A stretch of 26,916 nt of DNA from an uncultured archaeon (GTDB lineage: Archaea; Halobacteriota; Archaeoglobi; Archaeoglobales; Archaeoglobaceae): assembly GCA_964654365.1 (NCBI GenBank), contig CAZZIT010000147.1, positions 1 through 26,916 on the forward strand. Reading direction: 5' to 3'. Every line of letters begins with the position of its first letter. The first letter of the stretch is position 1. Of the stretch, positions 7,858-17,016 are shown one piece after another. The notes beneath the pieces are model-generated. The model worked only from the letters and a program-made list of their open reading frames with translations, was not told the origin of the DNA and made no database searches. The position numbers and the translations under genes were made by a program.

Positions 7858-10206
7858 CTAAAAGAAGGCCTCAAGGCTTGTTTGCGAGGCTCCCCTGATC
7901 TTAGCTTCTGAAAATCCGAATCTCTCGAGAATCCTTAGCACCGCTGGAATTATCTGGTGCTCTATGTAGTAATCCTTATCCAGCTTCTTCATCTCCTCCC
8001 CTCCCTTCAGCCTGATCTTCAGATTCTCGCCGTCGAAGTGCTCGACCATATCGATCGGGTAAGCTCTGTCCCCAATGTTTCCAGCGCCCTTAACGACCAC
8101 AAAGCCAATTTTTGAGCCCACAGGATAGAATATGCCAACCTCCTCAGCCTTCTTTGCTGCCTTAACGTGCGCCTGTACAGCTTCATACTTCGAGGGCTTT
8201 TTCGTAAGTCCTTTGTAGATAATGATGTCCTCAAGTCTGACCTTTCCCTCCTTTATCGACTTCACGATCTCTCTGACATAATCCAGAGCTTTTTCGGGAT
8301 TCTTCTCCCTGAGAATTATCTCGATTACGGCCCTCTGAGCCCTCTTAGCCAGCTCGCACCAGTCTCCACGCCTGACTTCGAGTCCCCGAATTAGGATTTT
8401 CCCGTCAGCCGTAAGTCCTGCGTATCTCTTCTTTTCAACGAAGAAGATCGTCTCGAAGAGCTCGTCAAGCTCGATCTGAACTGGAAGCTTGATTGAGATC
8501 TCAGAGATTAGGTTGGAAACTTCCTCTTGAAGTTCTTTCAGGCTTTTTCCTGGCTTTGAAACAAAAATGCTGTCAGTATCTCCGTAAAGAACTTTAAATC
8601 CGAGTTCCTGGGCGATCTTTGCGGAAGTCTTTATGAAGTGCCTTCCCCAGGCAGTTGTGGCTTCAGCGCACTCCCTGCAGTACCATCTCGCACCAGTCCA
8701 CCCCATGTAGCCGTAGAAGGAATTTGTAAGCACTTTCAAGGTTTGCTGTTTTATGTCGAGGAGCTTATACTTCGGGTCGCCTTCGCTGAGCCCTCTCATC
8801 TCTCTCTTTATCTCCCTCCTCTTTTCTATCAGCATCCGCAGAATTCTCCTGAAAAATCCGTCTGGATGCTTTCTAAACCTGTAGCCAACCTCCGGGGCGA
8901 CATAACAGTCGTTACCACTCGTGATCGTGTCAGGGCTGACGTTGTAGGCTATCATGATCGACGGATACATGCTCGCAAAGTCAAGTTCCGCAACGTTTTC
9001 ATGCAGTCCCCGCTCCGGCTCTATTACAAAGGCTCCCTCGTAGCTTTCCATTGGCGTCTCTCTCGCATTTGGAGCCACTTCTCCGAGTTTTCTCGCCTCA
9101 CTCAGCAGAAGCCAGTCCACCTGCCTTCCCCTCCCCATTCTCGAAACATCGTCAAGCGGGAGCCTGATCAGCCTTGCAAGCTCGTAATGCATTGGGAGCA
9201 GTTCCTTGGCGATCATGTAGGTATGGATGACGTCTCTCCTTGCGTGAGCGAGAACCCTCTCTCTGTCCGTTTGCCAGTATCGATTTATGTCCTTGGCCTC
9301 TATGTCCTCGACGTCGATCTTGGCTCCTAAGAATTCCGCTATGTTTTCGAGTTTCTTGACCTTCACATCCGAAATTCGCAGAGCAATGTCGTAGAGGTCA
9401 ACGTTGAGCCTGCCTGCAATCTTTGGCCTTCCACCCTTGAATGTTACCGCACTGCCATCTCTTCCGACGTTAAGCGAGACCTTGAGCTTTTCAGCTCTCT
9501 TTCTCAGATAAGGCCAGTCAAAGGCATCCTGATTGTAGCCGACGATCACGTCGGGATCCACATGCCTGAGTCTTTCAACGAACCTTTGCAGGATCTCCCT
9601 TTCTCCGCCCTGGAGTATTTCCTCCTCATTTTCGCTTTCCCCCCATTTCATCGCTATAACTATCACTGGATCCCTCTCGGGGTCGGGCATCCCGAAAGTG
9701 GAAAGCATTTCGCAGTCGAAGGCAAAGATCTTCAATTCCGGGATTTCTTTGCTCACCCTCTCAATGCTCTCTATTTCATAGCTTCTGAGCTTTCCTTCAA
9801 TCTCTTTCCCCTCGATTGTTACGCCGTCGAGGCACGCAAGGTCTTTGTCTATCAAATAGCGGTAGGCAAAAGGTATATCTGCTTCTCTAACGTCCCCAAA
9901 CTGGGAGAAGTATTCCCTGAGCTTCGGAACGTGCTGGGGATGCTTTGCATATATCTTAAAAGCCGGAATCTTCTTTCCGAAGAAGCTAAGGTGCGTTTTT
10001 TCATACGAGTCCGGGGATATAACTTCCCTCCTCGTGCTCACCATCGCCTTCTGAATTATCTCCTCATCGATGTCAAGGACATAGAAATAAGGTTTGAAGC
10101 TTCCGTCATATGCCACAAAGGTTTCACGATCCTTACACCAGAGCCTAAGAACCGCTTTTTCGTTGATCGTGATGTATTCTGCATCCAGCAGCCAGCCCTC
10201 TATCAC
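7858..10206 (-). CDS. polB: Family B DNA polymerase (proofreading, no intein)
   Basis: Exo motifs FDCEM, GYNQDAFDWPYL; pol motifs DFASMYPSIM, KVLTNSFYGY, YGDTDS, KKRY; C-terminal PIP-box-like QTSLEAFF. Start moved to GTG 10206 (VIEGWLLDAEY); the track extension to 10359 is antisense to the next gene. Confidence 0.95.
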   Translation of the reverse strand: MIEGWLLDAEYITINEKAVLRLWCKDRETFVAYDGSFKPYFYVLDIDEEIIQKAMVSTRREVISPDSYEKTHLSFFGKKIPAFKIYAKHPQHVPKLREYFSQFGDVREADIPFAYRYLIDKDLACLDGVTIEGKEIEGKLRSYEIESIERVSKEIPELKIFAFDCEMLSTFGMPDPERDPVIVIAMKWGESENEEEILQGGEREILQRFVERLRHVDPDVIVGYNQDAFDWPYLRKRAEKLKVSLNVGRDGSAVTFKGGRPKIAGRLNVDLYDIALRISDVKVKKLENIAEFLGAKIDVEDIEAKDINRYWQTDRERVLAHARRDVIHTYMIAKELLPMHYELARLIRLPLDDVSRMGRGRQVDWLLLSEARKLGEVAPNARETPMESYEGAFVIEPERGLHENVAELDFASMYPSIMIAYNVSPDTITSGNDCYVAPEVGYRFRKHPDGFFRRILRMLIEKRREIKREMRGLSEGDPKYKLLDIKQQTLKVLTNSFYGYMGWTGARWYCRECAEATTAWGRHFIKTSAKIAQELGFKVLYGDTDSIFVSKPGKSLKELQEEVSNLISEISIKLPVQIELDELFETIFFVEKKRYAGLTADGKILIRGLEVRRGDWCELAKRAQRAVIEIILREKNPEKALDYVREIVKSIKEGKVRLEDIIIYKGLTKKPSKYEAVQAHVKAAKKAEEVGIFYPVGSKIGFVVVKGAGNIGDRAYPIDMVEHFDGENLKIRLKGGEEMKKLDKDYYIEHQIIPAVLRILERFGFSEAKIRGASQTSLEAFF

Positions 10207-10227
10207 GAGCTGAGTTGGCGCGGAAAG

Positions 10228-10265
10228 ATTTAAAGTTATCCTGAGAGGGGGAAAAATATTAAAAA
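10228..10265. promoter_or_regulatory. Back-to-back promoters for polB (minus) and the AsnC-top6B operon (plus)
   Basis: Minus: GATAAC-TTTAAAT (10240-10228), 22 nt above GTG 10206. Plus: GAAAAATATTAAAAA (10251-10265), about 21 nt above ATG 10286. Confidence 0.55.
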
Positions 10266-10285
10266 CTCCAAAGAAACTTAGAAAC

Positions 10286-10516
10286 ATGGTAGTCGGTGTA
10301 ACGCTTGTGAACGTTGTCGCTGGGAAAGAGAAGGAAGTATACGTGAAGATTAAGAACATGAAGAAGGTAAAGGACGTCTACCACGTGTTTGGCGAGTTCG
10401 ATTTTGTGGTCATAATCCACGCAGACAGCCTCTCCGAGCTGAACAAGACTGTGGACGAGATCAGAAGAATTGAAGGGGTTACAAAGACGCAAACGGTCGT
10501 CGGCGCCGAAATATGA
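10286..10516 (+). CDS. Stand-alone Lrp/AsnC ligand-binding (RAM) domain protein, no HTH
   Basis: 76 aa, [13 protein letters not shown]...I.....[19 protein letters not shown]...V..IR.IEGV..T.T; ATGA overlap with top6B. Confidence 0.85.
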   Translation: MVVGVTLVNVVAGKEKEVYVKIKNMKKVKDVYHVFGEFDFVVIIHADSLSELNKTVDEIRRIEGVTKTQTVVGAEI

Positions 10517-12309
10517 GCGAGTTAAAGGAGATAAGCATAGCCGAATTTTTTGAAAAGAACAAGCACATCCTTGGTTACACGAATCCCGCGAGGGCGTTGA
10601 TAACGGTTGTGAAGGAGGCCGTAGACAACTCCCTTGATGCCTGCGAAGAAGCCGGAATTCTTCCGGACATCTTTGTGAGAATTTCCAACGTCGAAAATAA
10701 TAACTACAGGATCACCGTGGAAGATAATGGGCCAGGAATTAAAAAGGAACTCGTTGCGAGAGCATTCGGCAAGCTACTCTACGGTTCAAGATTTCATGAA
10801 ATAAGGCAGAGCAGGGGCCAGCAGGGCATAGGAATCTCAGCTGCAGTCTTGTATGCACAGCTGACCACTGGAAAACCAACCGTTGTCACGACCAAGCAGA
10901 TCGGAGCAGAAAAAGCTTACAGAGTTTTGCTTTACATAGATACGAAAAGGAATGAGCCCATCATTGAAAGTGAAGGGGAAGAAGACTGGTACATGCCACA
11001 CGGAACAAGGGTCGAATTCGAAATCTCTGGCAGCTACGTCAAGGACAGGAAGCAGAGTGTATTCGAATACCTCAAAGAGACCTCAGTCGTGAATCCGCAC
11101 GCAAAGATCACTTTTGTGGATCCCGAAGGAAACATATACGAGTTTAAGAGGTCGTCAAACGAAATGCCAAAACCCGCAAAAGCGATAAAGCCGCATCCAC
11201 ATGGTATAGAGCTTGGAAAGCTAATGGCCATGCTTAAGTTCACAGAGTCGCCAACGCTTAGGAAATTTCTAAAGGAGGAGTTCGTGAGGATCGGGGACAA
11301 AATTGCCGACGAAATCCTTGCAAAAGCAGGATTTTCGGGAAACGAGGATCCAAAGAAGCTTGGAAGGGAAGAGGCTGCAAAGCTTATTGAAGCTTTCAAG
11401 AGTGTTGAAGTACTTCCGCCGCCAGTTGACTGTCTCTCACCCATTGGTGAGGAGCTTCTCATGCGCAGTTTGATCTCCGAATACTCTCCGGAATTCGTCT
11501 ACGCGGTTACGAGAAGACCAAAGGTTTATTCCGGACATCCATTTCTCGTGGAGGCTGCAATTGCATACGGCGGAGAAATAAAGACAGAGAAGATCGTCCT
11601 CCTCAGGTTTGCAAACAAGATACCGCTTCTCTACCAGCAGGGTGGCTGTGCCCTAACGAGGGCAGTGGAGAGTATAAACTGGAAGAACTACGGACTTGAG
11701 CAGACAAAAGAAGAGCTGCCTTATGGAAATGCCGTAATCTTGGTCCACCTCGCCTCCACTAACATCCCCTACACCTCGGAATCGAAAGAGGCCATTTCTC
11801 CAATTCCAGAAATAATGGGCGAGATAAGACTCGCTCTTCAGGAAGTAGGAAGGAAGCTGAAGGAGTATCTGGACAGAAAAGAAAGACAGGAGGTAAAGAA
11901 GAAAAAAGAAGAGGTTATCGCAAAAATATTACCTTTAATTGCCAAAAAGGTATGCGAGGTGCTCGAAAAGGATTCCGTAGAGGTTGGCAGAATAGTTGCA
12001 AGGATTATGGGATATCTCCATGTGGAGAGGATCGTGAACGAGAGGAATGGTGTAAAGGAGGTCAAGATAGTCGTTTCAAACTTCACAAAGGCGAAGAGAG
12101 AGGTCAGGATTTTGGAGACATGCTCGGGAGAGGTTGAAGCTGATAATGCGAGAATTTCGGAGGGCAGGTATCCAACGATCGCATGGAATTTAACTCTGAA
12201 CCCCAATGAAGAGGTCGAACTCAGATATCGACTTAGGGGAGATGTCGTGAACAAAAACCCGATAGTCGAGGGGGTCGACACAACTATGCTCAGTGTTGTA
12301 ACTCGCTAA
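10513..12309 (+). CDS. top6B: DNA topoisomerase VI subunit B
   Basis: [41 protein letters not shown] (GHKL), [23 protein letters not shown]. Confidence 0.96.
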   Translation: MSELKEISIAEFFEKNKHILGYTNPARALITVVKEAVDNSLDACEEAGILPDIFVRISNVENNNYRITVEDNGPGIKKELVARAFGKLLYGSRFHEIRQSRGQQGIGISAAVLYAQLTTGKPTVVTTKQIGAEKAYRVLLYIDTKRNEPIIESEGEEDWYMPHGTRVEFEISGSYVKDRKQSVFEYLKETSVVNPHAKITFVDPEGNIYEFKRSSNEMPKPAKAIKPHPHGIELGKLMAMLKFTESPTLRKFLKEEFVRIGDKIADEILAKAGFSGNEDPKKLGREEAAKLIEAFKSVEVLPPPVDCLSPIGEELLMRSLISEYSPEFVYAVTRRPKVYSGHPFLVEAAIAYGGEIKTEKIVLLRFANKIPLLYQQGGCALTRAVESINWKNYGLEQTKEELPYGNAVILVHLASTNIPYTSESKEAISPIPEIMGEIRLALQEVGRKLKEYLDRKERQEVKKKKEEVIAKILPLIAKKVCEVLEKDSVEVGRIVARIMGYLHVERIVNERNGVKEVKIVVSNFTKAKREVRILETCSGEVEADNARISEGRYPTIAWNLTLNPNEEVELRYRLRGDVVNKNPIVEGVDTTMLSVVTR

Positions 12310-12371
12310 AATTTTTCTCTTCAGGGGCTTCATACAGCAAGCAATATTAATCCCCTCCCGCAGTTTTCCCT

Positions 12372-12974
12372 ATGAAACTTTTGGCAATAAATGGGAGTCC
12401 GAATAAGAGAAACACCTACGCCATACTGGAAGCTATCGCAGACGAAGTGAAAAAGCTTGGTGCAGAAGCGGAGATTTTGAACCTCGCAGATTATAACATA
12501 AACCCCTGCAAGGGTTGCGATAAGTGCCTCAAGGGAGAATGCATCCAGAAGGATGATATCGAAAAGGTGCTCGAAGCGATGAGAGCTGCTGACGCAATAG
12601 TTATCGGTGCCCCTACGTATTTCGGAAACGTTCCTGGAATCGTTAAGAATTTGATAGACAGGAGCAGAATGGACAGGATGGGTGGATTCAGACTCAAAAA
12701 CAAAGTTTTTGCCCCCGTAATTACTTCCGGGCTAAGACATGGCGGTGCAGAGTTCGTGGCGATGAGTCTGATCGTTTACGCCCTCGGGCAGGCTATGATA
12801 GTTGTATCGAATGCGGAGAATCCGATAACAACAGGAAGCTTCCCCGTGGGAGTCATTCAGGGAGATAACGGCTGGAGGGGAGTTAAGAAGGACGAGATAG
12901 CACTCAGCACCGCAAGAGCCCTTGCGAGAAGAATCGTAGAGGTTGCCAACGCTACGAAGAGTCTTAGAAGTTGA
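12372..12974 (+). CDS. Iron-sulfur flavoprotein (Isf) / flavodoxin family protein
   Basis: INGSPN, compact CKGCDKCLKGEC Cys motif, GAPTYFGNVPG..KNLIDR, HGGAE; candidate TATA AATATTAAT at 12343-12351. Confidence 0.88.
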   Translation: MKLLAINGSPNKRNTYAILEAIADEVKKLGAEAEILNLADYNINPCKGCDKCLKGECIQKDDIEKVLEAMRAADAIVIGAPTYFGNVPGIVKNLIDRSRMDRMGGFRLKNKVFAPVITSGLRHGGAEFVAMSLIVYALGQAMIVVSNAENPITTGSFPVGVIQGDNGWRGVKKDEIALSTARALARRIVEVANATKSLRS

Positions 12975-14170
12975 TGAATCTGAAATTCAGGATAAAGAGC
13001 ACAGAAGGTGCTGCAAGAACCGGAGTTGCCGAAGTTAGGGGGAAGAAATTCAAAACTCCAGCATTTTTGCCAGTAGCAACGCTTGCAAGTGTGAGAGCTC
13101 TGGATTTCAGAGATCTCAGGGAGATCGGCGTCGAAGTGGTGATGGCAAACACGTTTCACCTGCACCTGAAGCCTGGAGATGAGCTCATAAGGGAGCTGGG
13201 CGGACTTCACGAGTTCATGAAATTCGATGGTGTTATAGCAACCGATTCTGGCGGCTTTCAGGTTTTCTCTCTGGGCTTTGGAATGGAACACGGAATAGGA
13301 AAGATTGCGGACAACATATTTCTCGAAAGGCTGAGAAACGTCAGCAAAAAGGGAGAGAAATGGGTTGAGATCGACGAGGACGGGATCAGCTTCAGGAATC
13401 CTATAAACGGGAGCTTCATGCGCCTAACTCCAGAGAAATCGATGAAGATCCAGTCGAATCTTGGTTCCGATATTGTCTTCGTTTTCGACGAGTGCACTTC
13501 TCCGCTTTCAGACAAAGAATACACAGCAAAAGCTCTTGAGAGGACAAACAGGTGGATTCTTAGATGCTTAGAATGTTACGACAGAAATCAGGCAATATTC
13601 GGGATCGTGCAGGGAGGAGAGTACAGGGATCTTCGCATGAAATCCGTGGAGTTCATACTTAAGCACGATTTCGACGGTTATGGCATTGGCGGTTCCTTGG
13701 GGAAAAGCAAGGCAGACATGCTGAACATTCTGGAATGGGTAGTTCCCCTGCTTCCCGAAGAGAAGCCAAGGCATCTCCTCGGCATCGGGGCTGTGGAAGA
13801 CATATTCAGATCTGTAGAGAGGGGAATTGACATGTTCGACTGCGTCTCTCCGACGAGATGGGCCAGAAGGGGCGTTCTTTACATTTCTCCCGAAGGTGGT
13901 GGAAGCGCTGAAAACAAGTTCAGGGTTCACATAAAGAATGCAGATTTCAAAAAAGACAGGAAACCGCTGGATCCTGCCTGCGACTGCTTTGTTTGCCAGA
14001 ATTACTCGAGAGCATATCTGCACCACCTATTCGTATCGAACGAGCTAACTTATTTCCGTTTGGCATCCTATCACAACGTCCGCTTCTTTATAAGGCTAAT
14101 GGATGAAATTCGTGAGGCGATCGATGGGGGCTACTTTTCAGAACTCAAGAAAGAGTGGTTGCGGGAATAG
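12974..14170 (+). CDS. tgt: Bacterial-type (queuine/preQ1) tRNA-guanine transglycosylase
   Basis: TPAFLPVAT, ANTFHL, TDSGGFQVFSL, FRNPING, FDECT, VQGG, RHLLGIG, DMFDCVSPTR, Zn site CDCFVC...YHN; no PUA domain. ATG 12974 overlaps the Isf stop (TGATG). Confidence 0.93.
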   Translation: MNLKFRIKSTEGAARTGVAEVRGKKFKTPAFLPVATLASVRALDFRDLREIGVEVVMANTFHLHLKPGDELIRELGGLHEFMKFDGVIATDSGGFQVFSLGFGMEHGIGKIADNIFLERLRNVSKKGEKWVEIDEDGISFRNPINGSFMRLTPEKSMKIQSNLGSDIVFVFDECTSPLSDKEYTAKALERTNRWILRCLECYDRNQAIFGIVQGGEYRDLRMKSVEFILKHDFDGYGIGGSLGKSKADMLNILEWVVPLLPEEKPRHLLGIGAVEDIFRSVERGIDMFDCVSPTRWARRGVLYISPEGGGSAENKFRVHIKNADFKKDRKPLDPACDCFVCQNYSRAYLHHLFVSNELTYFRLASYHNVRFFIRLMDEIREAIDGGYFSELKKEWLRE

Positions 14171-14215
14171 AAAAAATTATATTGCATGTCTGCGAATTCT
14201 TGCTTAGAGTCGAGC

Positions 14216-14368
14216 ATGAAGCATGCGAAAAAGTTTAAGGAATACTTCGAGGACATAAGACCAGTAACGGACGAGGAGCTTGAAGAGCTCCTGAATGACT
14301 CCCCCGGTAGGAGCGAAAGAAACAAAAAGATTAAGAAAGCGAAGAAGGAGCTATACAGAGAGCATTAG
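14216..14368 (+). CDS. Small Lys/Glu-rich hypothetical protein (50 aa)
   Basis: MKHAKKFKEYFEDIRPVTDEELEELLNDSPGRSERNKKIKKAKKELYREH fills the gap between tgt and tpiA; purine-rich codons; AAAAAATTATATTG at 14171-14184 upstream. Confidence 0.55.
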   Translation: MKHAKKFKEYFEDIRPVTDEELEELLNDSPGRSERNKKIKKAKKELYREH

Positions 14369-15021
14369 ATCAGTCCAGCGAGCTCTTCAAGCGCCTTTTT
14401 TTGATCCTTAGCCTTAACGATACCGCTTGCAAGTAGCACACCGTCTGCTCCCAGATCGAGCGCTCTGACATAGTCCTCGTGGTTCGTTATTCCGGCTCCG
14501 CAAAGTACCTTCACTTCCCTGCAGATATTCCTAGCTGAAGCTATCGCATTCTCAACTACTTCTGGCTTCGCCTTGCTAACGGCAATTCCCGAACCAATGA
14601 GCTCTGGAGGCTCAACAGCAACGAAGTCTGGCCTAAGCGCTGCTACTGCAGCAGTTGTGGAGACGTTGTTCGTGCAGACTATCGATTTCATTTCCAGACT
14701 TCTAAGCTTTGAGATGCAAAAATCTATGTCCGCAAGCTTCATTCTTCGCTCGGAGTGATTCAAAAGGCTACCCTTCCCCCCATGTTCTTTTACCATCTCC
14801 GCATTAACTGCTCCAGTGAAGCTTCCAAACTCCACTGGATCGACATGCTGGGCGAAGACGTCAATGGCTACGCTTTTGGCAATAACTGGCAGATCCAGAT
14901 GGCTAACGGCAACTGCAATGTATACTCCACTCCTCTCCGCAACACTTTCGGCTATCTTCGCAAGCTCCAAAGCCTTTCTACCGAAGGCTTCCTTATAGGC
15001 CTTGAAGTTTATGAAGATCAT
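14365..15021 (-). CDS. tpiA: Triosephosphate isomerase, archaeal short type
   Basis: INFKAY, LLNHSE, AVEPPELIG, LCGAGI, GVLLASGIVKAKD. Confidence 0.96.
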   Translation of the reverse strand: MIFINFKAYKEAFGRKALELAKIAESVAERSGVYIAVAVSHLDLPVIAKSVAIDVFAQHVDPVEFGSFTGAVNAEMVKEHGGKGSLLNHSERRMKLADIDFCISKLRSLEMKSIVCTNNVSTTAAVAALRPDFVAVEPPELIGSGIAVSKAKPEVVENAIASARNICREVKVLCGAGITNHEDYVRALDLGADGVLLASGIVKAKDQKKALEELAGLI

Positions 15022-15023
15022 AC

Positions 15024-16202
15024 TCAGAAGTCCGTCATGATCCTGAACTGATCCGTATCGGGCTTTAGATGTGCCATGAACCTTCTCACCGCTCCTTCCA
15101 CATCCCTAGCCTTTGTGATCGCTCTACCAACGACTACGATGTCAGCACCGGCTGCGATAACTTCGGATACGTTCTCGGGCTTTATACCTCCCGCAACAGC
15201 CACAAGAACCCGATACTTCCTGATCTCCTTTGCAAGGGACCATGGTGGAACGCTCTGCTCGCTGTCTATGGCTCTGTGCAGCTCTACAACGTCGGGCTGT
15301 GCTTCTTTAACTATCTGATCCATTCTTTTCACCGGATCCTCCACGTTCAGCATATCAACGACCGCAAGCATTCCCGTCTTCTTCGCTTCGCTTACGCCCT
15401 TAGCGATCGTGCTGATCGGTGCCAGACCCGAGATCACGACAGCATTTGCCGTAGCGTCCGCGGCCATTCTTGCTTCAAGATTTCCGACATCGAGGGTTTT
15501 CAGATCGAGAATGAAGAAGGCATCTGGCTTCACATCTCTGAGCTTCAGAATAACCTCGCAACCGTATTTCTTAACTAAGGGCGTTCCCACTTCGAATATT
15601 ATGTGATCACTTTCTGGAATCTGCGAAAGCACGGAAATTACCTCCTCAAGGTCGGGAATGTCAAGGGCTATCTGCAGGTATGGCGGATCCCAGAGCTTCG
15701 TGAGCTTTCTTCCAACAAACGGATGGTGGCTGCGATCTTTCTCATATAGCATCGTACCCACGTCGGGGAAGTTCTGCATGGCTCTTTTGATCGCGAGCTT
15801 AGTCGCTCCGTAGTTGTAGTAGTAGATCTTGTGCTTGTTTTTTGCCATTGGATGTATGAAGACGCTAACGACTATCAGGTAGTCTTCCGCCCTTTCCTTT
15901 GGAATGTATCCCTCTTCAACTGCATCGGCAACTGCCTTCGCAACTGCAGCCTGTGCGGGACCAAAGATCAGCTCAGCCTGCTCCATGTTCCTGACAGTCA
16001 CCTTCGGAACTATCACTGCGGGAGGTTTCGTGATCAGGTTCGGTCTCAAAACTGCGAGGAGCGGCGTATGACCTGCTGAAAGCGTTGCAAGGGCGTTAGC
16101 AAAAGCTGCTGCGACCGGACTGTCTTTTGTGCCGATTAAGAGATCAACGTGAGCAACTTCGTAGCCCTCGCCGATCAGAGCTTCGCCAACCCTGAACTCC
16201 AT
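15024..16202 (-). CDS. fae-hps: Bifunctional formaldehyde-activating enzyme / 3-hexulose-6-phosphate synthase
   Basis: Fae domain GEALIG...AHVDLLIG...GHTPLLAV.RPN...PKVT...GPAQAAVAKAV...VFIHP; HPS domain LQIALD, EVGTPL, DLKTLDVG, AGGI, VGRAIT. Confidence 0.95.
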   Translation of the reverse strand: MEFRVGEALIGEGYEVAHVDLLIGTKDSPVAAAFANALATLSAGHTPLLAVLRPNLITKPPAVIVPKVTVRNMEQAELIFGPAQAAVAKAVADAVEEGYIPKERAEDYLIVVSVFIHPMAKNKHKIYYYNYGATKLAIKRAMQNFPDVGTMLYEKDRSHHPFVGRKLTKLWDPPYLQIALDIPDLEEVISVLSQIPESDHIIFEVGTPLVKKYGCEVILKLRDVKPDAFFILDLKTLDVGNLEARMAADATANAVVISGLAPISTIAKGVSEAKKTGMLAVVDMLNVEDPVKRMDQIVKEAQPDVVELHRAIDSEQSVPPWSLAKEIRKYRVLVAVAGGIKPENVSEVIAAGADIVVVGRAITKARDVEGAVRRFMAHLKPDTDQFRIMTDF

Positions 16203-16254
16203 ATGCCTTGCAATTCCTTTCGGTAATAAACTTTTTGTTCCACGAGAAATCTCG

Positions 16255-17016
16255 ATGATGAAGCAAATCGTCGTGTATTTCGTAGGAATTGCTGGCTCAG
16301 GAAAGAGCTATCTGACTAAGGCCTTTGGTGACTGGCTCGATTCGATGAATGCCGGAGTAATGCAGATCAATCTTGATCCCGGAGCCGATTATGTTCCATA
16401 CCCTGCTGACATTGACGTGAGAGACTGGTTCACGCTCGATGACATAATGCATAAATACAACGTAGGTCCAAATGGAGCCCAGATAATCTCTTCGGACCTT
16501 CTCGTAACGCTGATCGACGATATAAAATACGAAATCGACCTTTCGCAGCCAGACTTTGTGCTGATCGACACTCCCGGCCAGATGGAGATCTTCACACTCA
16601 GAGAGAGCAGCAAAATCCTGATCGAGGCTCTTGATATGAGCAGGAGCGTAATGGTCTTCCTTTTCGATCCAGTGGTCTCAAAAACCCCATTTGGATTTCT
16701 TTCCCAGCTATTCATGGCCAACTCAGCTATTTTCCGCCTCGAAATACCTCAAATAACGGTTCTATCGAAGTCTGACATTCTGGGAGATGAGGAAATCGAA
16801 AGGATCCTGAGGTGGAGCTCCGATCTGGACTATCTTTCGAGCTTCATAGAAAGAAAAACGCTAAGCGTGGAGCTCTTGAGAACCTTAAGGGATTCAGGGC
16901 TTTTCAGACCGCTCGTCACAGTTTCGGCGCTAAAAGGCTACGGGATGGAGGAGATCTACGACGGAATTCAGGAATACTTCTACGGAGGTGAGGACTTGGA
17001 AAGGGTTCTATTTTAA
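16255..17016 (+). CDS. GPN-loop GTPase
   Basis: P-loop GIAGSGKS, NLDPG, GPNGA, DTPGQME, SKSD. Confidence 0.92.
   Translation: MMKQIVVYFVGIAGSGKSYLTKAFGDWLDSMNAGVMQINLDPGADYVPYPADIDVRDWFTLDDIMHKYNVGPNGAQIISSDLLVTLIDDIKYEIDLSQPDFVLIDTPGQMEIFTLRESSKILIEALDMSRSVMVFLFDPVVSKTPFGFLSQLFMANSAIFRLEIPQITVLSKSDILGDEEIERILRWSSDLDYLSSFIERKTLSVELLRTLRDSGLFRPLVTVSALKGYGMEEIYDGIQEYFYGGEDLERVLF

Noticed and set aside
10207-10359. 51-aa N-terminal extension of PolB in the ORF track
   Set aside because: Low-complexity, antisense to the AsnC-domain gene and across both promoters; homology begins at GTG 10206
11990-12309. C-terminal extension of Top6B
   Set aside because: A C-terminal beta-rich domain is already known in euryarchaeal Top6B; absence of an adjacent top6A is also not unusual
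7858-12309. Inteins in PolB or Top6B
   Set aside because: Both proteins have normal length and continuous motifs
16255-16315. Possible C/D box sRNA (ATGATGA ... CTGA, 61 nt)
   Set aside because: The C box is simply Met-Met-Lys of the GTPase start, and no internal D'/C' boxes are present
17008-17016. Convergent 3' overlaps (also 14365-14368 and 20700-20719)
   Set aside because: Common in compact hyperthermophile genomes; no evidence of special function
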